The position numbers and the translations under genes were made by a program. A stretch of 64,000 bases of DNA from a virus. Its lineage: Duplodnaviria; Caudoviricetes. The notes under the pieces were generated by a model. That model worked only from the letters and a program-made list of their open reading frames with translations. It made no database searches and was not told where the DNA came from. The stretch lies in the IMG/VR virus record IMGVR_UViG_3300029305_003800, positions 35,787 to 99,786 of that record, one strand, 5' to 3'. Position 1 is the first letter of the stretch; every line of letters begins with the position of its first letter. This document shows positions 57,617 to 64,000 of the stretch, in pieces.

Positions 57617-58219
57617 ATGAGTTTTAAGAGTGTATTTTTCAAACCTATAAAAGACGATGTAAGATTACCAGAAGATGTAATTGAAAAAGTTGAAGAGGTT
57701 GACAAAGTTGTAGCAGGAGAAGAACAAGTAGAAGTGGCTCCTGTAGTGGCTGAAACTGTAGAAGAAAAGGCAGAAGAAGTTCCAGCAGTAGAAACTGTAG
57801 AGGAAGCAAAAGAAGTTGTTGAAGAGCAAATTGAAGCAAAAGATGATTTAACAGGAGGGGTCGCTACATTAAGTGAACCAGATGAAGATGGATTCCAAGA
57901 ATTACTTGCTCCAGAAGGATATGAAGGAGAAGAAGTATTTGAAGAGAAAGAGGTAGAGGAACCAGTAATAGCAGATCAATTAAATGTTGTTGAAAAAGAA
58001 CCAGTAGTAGAGGAACCTGTCACAGAAGTAGCAGAATCAGAGTATCTTGAAGAAAAAGAAGAAGATCATATCGTTGCAGTCACAGAAGAAAAAGATATGG
58101 TAGAAGTTGAAGTTGATGATGAATTATCAAATAGAATTCACAAGATAATTGAAACTCATACGGCAGATGCAACAAAAGAAATTTTAGAATTAGTTAAGAA
58201 TGCAATAAATGGTAAATAA
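57617..58219 (+). CDS. highly acidic Glu/Val-rich protein
   Basis: AAAGGAG RBS; low-complexity EEV/EP repeats. Confidence 0.65.
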   Translation: MSFKSVFFKPIKDDVRLPEDVIEKVEEVDKVVAGEEQVEVAPVVAETVEEKAEEVPAVETVEEAKEVVEEQIEAKDDLTGGVATLSEPDEDGFQELLAPEGYEGEEVFEEKEVEEPVIADQLNVVEKEPVVEEPVTEVAESEYLEEKEEDHIVAVTEEKDMVEVEVDDELSNRIHKIIETHTADATKEILELVKNAINGK

Positions 58220-58221
58220 TT

Positions 58222-58551
58222 ATGAAGCAAGTAAAGTTTTTAGTCTATAACTACGAATGGCATGTAGTGTTAACAGATAATAAAGAAGATTTGATGGCAA
58301 ATGGGAAACTCTGTAAGGGGTGCACTCATTACAAAGAATCTACGATTTTTATATCTACAGATACATCTCCAAAAGATAGAATAAGACTATTACTTCATGA
58401 ATTATCTCATGCATTTATATATGAAACACAAATAGAATTGAAGCAGTCTTATACAGAAGAAGATTTATGTGAGTTTATGGCAAAATTAGGACCAGCAATC
58501 ATGAGTGTTTATAAAGACTTAATTCCAATGTTATTAGAAGACAAGAAATAA
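58222..58551 (+). CDS. ImmA/IrrE-like zinc metallopeptidase domain protein
   Basis: G.T....IFI...LLHELSHAF...EEDLC (HExxH...E). Confidence 0.7.
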   Translation: MKQVKFLVYNYEWHVVLTDNKEDLMANGKLCKGCTHYKESTIFISTDTSPKDRIRLLLHELSHAFIYETQIELKQSYTEEDLCEFMAKLGPAIMSVYKDLIPMLLEDKK

Positions 58552-58564
58552 ATCTTGTCTTTTT
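58538..58564 (+). terminator. intrinsic terminator
   Basis: AAGACAAGA/TCTTGTCTT plus Ts. Confidence 0.65.
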
Positions 58565-58574
58565 AATTTATTTT

Positions 58575-58613
58575 TCTGATCCTCTTGTCTTTTGCGGAGA
58601 AATAAGGTAAAAT
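58575..58613 (+). promoter_or_regulatory. sigma-A-type early promoter (TTGTCT-N17-TAAAAT)
   Basis: shares TCTGATCCTCTTGYCTTTT with the 3187 and 18614 copies. Confidence 0.65.
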
Positions 58614-58669
58614 ATTATTGAAAGATGAAAAACACAACTAATCATCTTATCTTAAGCAGGAGGTCATCT

Positions 58670-58852
58670 ATGAAGGAATTTATTGAGGATACTGATGCAA
58701 GAATAGATAGAACAATTGAAACTCTCAAAAATCAAAATCTATCTGAAGAAGATCGCAAAGAGAATTTATCTAAATTAAATAATTTACTTGCACTTAAAGA
58801 GATATACATAAAGATTCAAAAACATAGTTTTGAAAAAGAATTAGCACTATAA
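58670..58852 (+). CDS. hypothetical protein
   Basis: AGGAGG RBS before ATG 58670; followed by hairpin 58883-58917 plus Ts. Confidence 0.55.
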   Translation: MKEFIEDTDARIDRTIETLKNQNLSEEDRKENLSKLNNLLALKEIYIKIQKHSFEKELAL

Positions 58853-58936
58853 AATTAGAAATCTTCCAAAATGAGGAACTTTTGTCGTATTTAACTGTAT
58901 AATAGTTATATACGACATTTTTATTTTGGAGGAGTC

Positions 58937-59164
58937 ATGACAAAAGTTTATTGCGGATGTATAAAGTGTAAATACAATACAAAAGGTATCTGTAGGGCAA
59001 AAGAAATATCACTAACACACGATAGTATATTAACAGTATATCAGGGCAGAAGAGAATTCAATACATGTAAAATGGAAGAAGAGTCTGAGGAGTATAGGGA
59101 GTTAAGAGAGAGATTAAATAAACTTATACGCAAGGAGGAAGATAATGCCAACAGTAGTAAATAG
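58937..59164 (+). CDS. DUF1540-like Cys-rich protein
   Basis: VYC....CKYN..G.C.A..I. Confidence 0.55.
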   Translation: MTKVYCGCIKCKYNTKGICRAKEISLTHDSILTVYQGRREFNTCKMEEESEEYRELRERLNKLIRKEEDNANSSK

Positions 59165-61196
59165 AAAACAATTAAAGAAATGGCTATGTCTTAAAAACTT
59201 GTATGAATTTATTAAGGAGTTTTGGGATGCCTATGAAACAAGTCCATTTAGTGATTGTTGGTTAATAGAATATTTAAGTGAGTGCTATCAATATTCTATA
59301 AAGCACTTTTTGCCTCAGTATATTTGGGGAGAATGGATAAGTGATGAAGAATATGAAAGAATAAAGAAAGAGTCAGGTGGTAAGTGTGATGTAAGAGATC
59401 ATTTATTACCTAGTGGACAACACACAAGAAATCACGACTTAAATATTGCACCACGACATATGAAATCTTCAATAATGAATATTCTTGGACCAGTATGGAC
59501 TATTATAAATACTCCAGTTACAGTTACAAGTGTATCTCACTCATTAAATTTGTCTGGAGAAATGGTGCAAAAGAAACAAAAACTTTTGAATAGTGAAAAG
59601 TATAAGTATTATTTTGGAGATGATTTACCACGAAAACTTGCTAAAAATAGTGCAACATGTTTACAATTAAGAAATGGTGGTAAGACTTATTCTGTAGCAA
59701 TGGATAAATTTACAGGATTTGGTTCTGATATTATTATTAACGACGATTTGATTTCAGTAGCAGATGCACGAATGAATGGTGCAGTTCTTTTACACGCAAG
59801 AGATTATTATAAAACAACAATGCCATCTCGTCTTAACAATAAGAAGACAGGTGTAATATGGCACATAATGCAAAGAATAGGTAGAGGTGATATATCAGAT
59901 CTAATAGCAGAAGATAAAGGACTTAGACTCATTTATAGTCATACTTCAATTCAAGCAATAGCACAGTATGATCAGACTTTTGTTTATCCTTGTTCAGGAA
60001 AAGTAAAAGTTATTAAGAAAGGTGACTTATTGTGGGAAGAAAGATTTGGAGATTACACAGAACTTCAAATGGAAATTGGTAAAGAAGACTTTGAAACACA
60101 ATATAATCAAGATCCAGGTGAAAGTAAATTAAATATCATCAAAGATGAAATGATTCATTGGGTAGAGGATGATAAAGAAGTTGAAGAATTCAAAGAAACA
60201 GCAGAATTCCATTATGCATCTCATGACTGTCCTATTAGAGATAAAGAAACATCTGACTTCCACGGATTTGGAGAAGGATATAGCAGAAATAATGAATTGT
60301 TAATCACAGATGCATTTGAAGAACATTTAGGTTATGTCGCAGAAAAAGAATTATTAACAAGAATACAAACAATAGATCCTGCTGTAATTCAAATTGTAGA
60401 AGATAAAGCAAATGGAGCAGCACTTGTTCAGGACTTAGAAAAAGACATATCAGGATTAGTTCCATTTGAACCAGGAACAAAGAGTAAATCTCAAAGACTT
60501 GATTTGGCATCCATATACATGGAAAAGGGACTTGTAAGATTTGCTAGAAATGAAAAGACAGAATATCTAGTTCAACAACTAAAGAAATTCCCATTAGTTG
60601 AACACGACGATATTGTGGACGCATTTAGTCAAATGGTTATTTATCATTTTACACAGAGACAATTAGGAGTTTATACAGGAGCATTTAGTTTTCAAAATCT
60701 TGTTAGTCCAAAAGATATTGTTAAGAGCAATTTTGTAACATATGGTGCAACAATAAATGGTGAAGTAATAAAAGTTATAGAAATGATGCAAGACTATCAT
60801 TTAGACGAATATACAGTTGTAGGTGAAAGAATGTTTATGGGAATTGAGGCATTTGAGAAATTCTGCAGAGAAGAAGTTATGCCAGGAAATAATATTCTTG
60901 ATTGTTCTCCTCAAAATAGATTATCAACACTCGTAACAAATGTATATAATGTTGTTAAATTTGAAGAAAGAGATAGAGATGCTTCAATAAATATATTAAA
61001 AACAGGACTGTATAAAAAGAAAGTCAAAATATCAAGAGACTGCAAACAAACAGTAAATGATATTGCAAAATTAAGAATAACAAAACAAAGCAGAGAAAGA
61101 GGAGTAGATCAGACAGAAACATTAGATGAGGGTATGGCAGGATGTGTAAGAGCAGTTGTAACTTATATTAAAGGATATTCTCAGCAATGGTTCTAA
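59145..61196 (+). CDS. terL: terminase large subunit
   Basis: NIAPRHMKS Walker A, TGFG.DIIINDD, IMQR, YNQDP, VEDKANG.AL.Q.L, HDDIVDAFSQ. Confidence 0.9.
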   Translation: MPTVVNRKQLKKWLCLKNLYEFIKEFWDAYETSPFSDCWLIEYLSECYQYSIKHFLPQYIWGEWISDEEYERIKKESGGKCDVRDHLLPSGQHTRNHDLNIAPRHMKSSIMNILGPVWTIINTPVTVTSVSHSLNLSGEMVQKKQKLLNSEKYKYYFGDDLPRKLAKNSATCLQLRNGGKTYSVAMDKFTGFGSDIIINDDLISVADARMNGAVLLHARDYYKTTMPSRLNNKKTGVIWHIMQRIGRGDISDLIAEDKGLRLIYSHTSIQAIAQYDQTFVYPCSGKVKVIKKGDLLWEERFGDYTELQMEIGKEDFETQYNQDPGESKLNIIKDEMIHWVEDDKEVEEFKETAEFHYASHDCPIRDKETSDFHGFGEGYSRNNELLITDAFEEHLGYVAEKELLTRIQTIDPAVIQIVEDKANGAALVQDLEKDISGLVPFEPGTKSKSQRLDLASIYMEKGLVRFARNEKTEYLVQQLKKFPLVEHDDIVDAFSQMVIYHFTQRQLGVYTGAFSFQNLVSPKDIVKSNFVTYGATINGEVIKVIEMMQDYHLDEYTVVGERMFMGIEAFEKFCREEVMPGNNILDCSPQNRLSTLVTNVYNVVKFEERDRDASINILKTGLYKKKVKISRDCKQTVNDIAKLRITKQSRERGVDQTETLDEGMAGCVRAVVTYIKGYSQQWF

Positions 61197-61255
61197 GAAA
61201 ACAAGGCAATTATTCAGCAGATAAATAGTTATATTAGTTAGAGGAGGAATAAGAA

Positions 61256-61492
61256 ATGGCATTATTAATAGTATTAGCAATTATCGGTGGACTCGTAGGA
61301 CTTATTGCTTTATATGTTCTCGGAACCTATCTTATTGCTGCAGTTATAGGACATACAACATTGTTCAAAGAGAAAGTAAGTGCAGTTATTGAGAAATTCA
61401 GAGCAAAGAAAAATGCAAAGAAAGCAGCAAAAGTAGAACAAATTGAAGAAGTCGTAGAACCTACAGAACCAGAAGTAGAATTAGAACAATAA
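61256..61492 (+). CDS. small membrane protein
   Basis: N-terminal TM helix; GAGGAGG RBS. Confidence 0.6.
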   Translation: MALLIVLAIIGGLVGLIALYVLGTYLIAAVIGHTTLFKEKVSAVIEKFRAKKNAKKAAKVEQIEEVVEPTEPEVELEQ

Positions 61493-61507
61493 TGGAGTGA
61501 GTTAAAA

Positions 61508-61840
61508 ATGAAAAAGTTTAGAGTAACAAAGGTCGATGGAACAGTTGAAATAATTGAAGCAAATAATATGGAGAATGCAATAAGTTTAGCACGCAATAAA
61601 TTTGGACAACTACCAAACGATGTTAATACTAAAATTGTAAATGATGTCATAGATTCTCTATATAACATTTCAAGTATAGTAAAAAATGCATATATTGATA
61701 TAAGATCAGGAGCAAAGGAACTTGATTGGGAAAAGGTATATGCAATGACTCATGATGTTATTGAATCCTTAAAGCAGGAAACAGAGAAACAAGAAAAATT
61801 AGTAGGAAGTATGGTAAAAATCAACAAGGAGGAATTATAA
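61508..61840 (+). CDS. hypothetical virion-associated protein
   Basis: late region; N-terminus resembles that of the next ORF. Confidence 0.55.
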   Translation: MKKFRVTKVDGTVEIIEANNMENAISLARNKFGQLPNDVNTKIVNDVIDSLYNISSIVKNAYIDIRSGAKELDWEKVYAMTHDVIESLKQETEKQEKLVGSMVKINKEEL

Positions 61841-62596
61841 GTGAAGAAGTTTAATATAAAAGTTGGCGATAGAAAATTTATTGTCAGTGCAGATAATGAA
61901 GCAAAAGCAGTAAAGAAATTAAAAGACGCACAAGCAAAGAAAATGTCTGATGCTCACACAAGAATAAAAGTAGGATGCGCAGAAATAACTGTAAATAATG
62001 AGGCAAAAGCATATTCAGTAGGAAGTGTGACATGGTTTAATGGAAGAGATGAGAGAACTTTTAGAGATTATGCAAAACAATGTATTGATGTTGCAAATAA
62101 AATAAAAGAACTTGAGTCCAAAGGTTATAAAGAAGATGTTATGAAAGCATATGACTCAGCATTAAAAGATGCAGATGATTATTCTTATGAAGTTATTAAA
62201 GGACAAATAAATAGTGAAGGATTTAGCAAAGATCTTTTATTAAAGAAAGCATACAATGGTCTTACAAGAGGCAGTATGAACAAAGACGAATATAAAAGAC
62301 TTGTTGAAGAAATAAAGGCAGTAAAAGATAAATCTTGTGTTAAAGATGCTGATAAAAAAGATATTGAATTTATAATGAAAGATTATGTTCAAAAACACTT
62401 CTTAGTAAAGAAAATTACAAGATTAACACCATTAAAATATGAAGTAGAATTTGATGATGACGAAAATACAAAGGCAACTGTAGTATTTGATGACAAATGG
62501 GATGAGTGGGTATATACAGTAAATGGACATGGACCTATTTCTCACAGTTCATATGAATATTTAATATCAGACTTACAGAAGTATGGTAAAAGATAA
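61841..62596 (+). CDS. hypothetical virion-associated protein with repeated xKDA linkers
   Basis: AAGGAGG RBS, GTG start; LKDA, MSDA, LKDA, VKDA. Confidence 0.6.
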   Translation: MKKFNIKVGDRKFIVSADNEAKAVKKLKDAQAKKMSDAHTRIKVGCAEITVNNEAKAYSVGSVTWFNGRDERTFRDYAKQCIDVANKIKELESKGYKEDVMKAYDSALKDADDYSYEVIKGQINSEGFSKDLLLKKAYNGLTRGSMNKDEYKRLVEEIKAVKDKSCVKDADKKDIEFIMKDYVQKHFLVKKITRLTPLKYEVEFDDDENTKATVVFDDKWDEWVYTVNGHGPISHSSYEYLISDLQKYGKR

Positions 62597-62610
62597 GGAG
62601 GAAAAGTTAA

Positions 62611-63051
62611 ATGGCAAAATTATTTAGTTTAACAACAGTAACAGTAGTTATAGAAAATGATTTACTTGGAAATATAACTATTGGTGGTGCAGGAAAATTG
62701 CTAGGAACAGTAGGTTATTCTTATGATAATGATATATTCTCAATGGATTCTACTCCAGATGGTGGATATGTTGGTAACTTTAATGGCTCAAAAGCAGGAA
62801 AGTTCAATATCACATTTAAGCAAACATCATCTCATATTGCAGAATTAACAGAGTATTTTAATAAATGTAGAGATAATCCACAACAAGCAATGGCGACATT
62901 AAGAATAACAGACTCTTTAGGTAATATTGCTGCAACAGGAAATGGTGTATTCCCTGTTAAAATTCCTGACAATTCAGTTGCAGATACAGCAGGAAATAGA
63001 ACATTTGAATTTGTAGCAGGAGAAATTATCTCTGAAGAGAGAAATGTATAA
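62611..63051 (+). CDS. tail tube protein (DUF3277-like, contractile tail)
   Basis: 146 aa beta-rich; DG.....NGSKAG...ITFKQTS...K.PD.....AG.RTFEF; adjacent to sheath. Confidence 0.65.
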   Translation: MAKLFSLTTVTVVIENDLLGNITIGGAGKLLGTVGYSYDNDIFSMDSTPDGGYVGNFNGSKAGKFNITFKQTSSHIAELTEYFNKCRDNPQQAMATLRITDSLGNIAATGNGVFPVKIPDNSVADTAGNRTFEFVAGEIISEERNV

Positions 63052-63065
63052 GGAGGAAATAGTAA

Positions 63066-64000
63066 ATGGTATCAGTTAAAAATATAGTTAAAGTAAATTT
63101 AGATATTGTAAACTCTGAAAAGATTTTAGGAGATTATGAAACAACTGTTTATTTTGCTCCTGTAACACTTATTAATGAAGATGCACAATCAGTTAATCAA
63201 CTTTTGATTACAGATCCTGATAAAGTTGATATATTAGTATCAGGAAATGAAGCAGTAAATGTAAGTATTAAAAATTACTTTGCAAATGGAGGACAAAAGA
63301 TTTTAGTAGTAAGTCCTATAACATATACTCTTGAAGCATTCAAGGCAGATTTAAGTGCTGCAAGAAATATTACAAAAGATTTTATTTACATTGCAATATC
63401 AAATCAAATTATTGGTGAATCAGGATATACTCTTGAAGTGTTAGAAAGTATTGCATCATTCTGTGACGAAACAACAAGTCCAGAAAAGATAAGATTATTA
63501 TTGACAACTAATTCACAAACATTCCTTGAAGATAATAACTTTGTAGATCATATGTTAGTTGCAAAATACTGCACAAAGACAGGTGGTTCTAACACAAAAT
63601 TAATTGATGCAGCATTATTAGTTGGAGCATATTTTAGTCAAGTAAATTTAGATGGCACAGAAACAGTTAAAGATTATTCATATACTGCAGAAAAATTGGT
63701 AGGTATTGGGGATGATGAAGATGCTTCTGAAGACTTATCACAAGCACAATATGAAGAACTTGTTAATAATAGTGATGGTCAAGGATACTACAATGTAATT
63801 GATAAAGTGGGAAATAAAATTGTAAATCTTGGTGGAAATCTAGCAACAGTAGAAAACATTTCAATTCACACAGGTTTTGGTGCTATAGCAGTTGAAAGAG
63901 ATATAACATATTCTGTATTAGAAAGAATGTTGGGAAAACAATATCTTACAGAACAAGGTATTAGCAATATTAAGGCAGCAATAAATGCACAATTACAAAG
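63066..64000 (+). CDS. tail sheath protein, 3'-truncated (not in ORF track)
   Basis: AAGGAGG RBS; MVSVKNIVKVNLDI..., KNYFANGGQKILVV sheath motif; appears open to the window end. Confidence 0.7.
   Translation, partial: MVSVKNIVKVNLDIVNSEKILGDYETTVYFAPVTLINEDAQSVNQLLITDPDKVDILVSGNEAVNVSIKNYFANGGQKILVVSPITYTLEAFKADLSAARNITKDFIYIAISNQIIGESGYTLEVLESIASFCDETTSPEKIRLLLTTNSQTFLEDNNFVDHMLVAKYCTKTGGSNTKLIDAALLVGAYFSQVNLDGTETVKDYSYTAEKLVGIGDDEDASEDLSQAQYEELVNNSDGQGYYNVIDKVGNKIVNLGGNLATVENISIHTGFGAIAVERDITYSVLERMLGKQYLTEQGISNIKAAINAQLQ

Noticed and set aside
2026-61668. Minus-strand ORFs in the supplied track
   Set aside because: They are antisense shadows of A-rich + strand genes (Leu/Phe/Ser/Ile-rich, no recognisable motifs) and overlap better-supported genes.
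1-64000. Stop-codon reassignment
   Set aside because: Genes are intact and tightly packed under the standard code, all three stops are used, and no suppressor tRNA is seen.

Overview
AT-rich 64-kb segment of a large tailed dsDNA phage, probably a myovirus (tail tube plus sheath) of a Firmicutes host (GGAGG ribosome-binding sites, sigma-A-like promoters, AbrB- and SpoIIID-like regulators). Essentially all real genes lie on the + strand. Layout: (i) 1-3080, end of a late module with a 5'-truncated DGR-type reverse transcriptase and membrane proteins; (ii) 3085-14000, early genes (small hypotheticals, DUF932-like protein, SNF2 helicase); (iii) 14000-36400, a self-contained replication/recombination module (initiator, DnaC-like loader, DnaB, primase, SSB, family A polymerase, beta clamp, three-subunit clamp loader, Cas4-like nuclease, RecU, RNase H, RecA, two sigma factors). 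Embedded in it are a radical-SAM enzyme, SAM synthetase, GNAT acetyltransferase and PLP enzyme, a candidate new DNA hypermodification pathway; (iv) 36400-55800, accessory genes (TerS-like, MazF-like, DNA and RNA ligases, a stand-alone copy of the PolA fingers helix, ASCH, MTA/SAH nucleosidase, peptide deformylase, CysE) and tRNA-Leu(UAA) flanked by structured RNAs; (v) 55850-57313, a 1.4-kb promoter-to-terminator non-coding unit with a ROOL-like RNA and a second ornate RNA; (vi) 57600-64000, start of the late module (TerL, tail tube, tail sheath). All protein calls come from motif recognition by eye; no searches were run.
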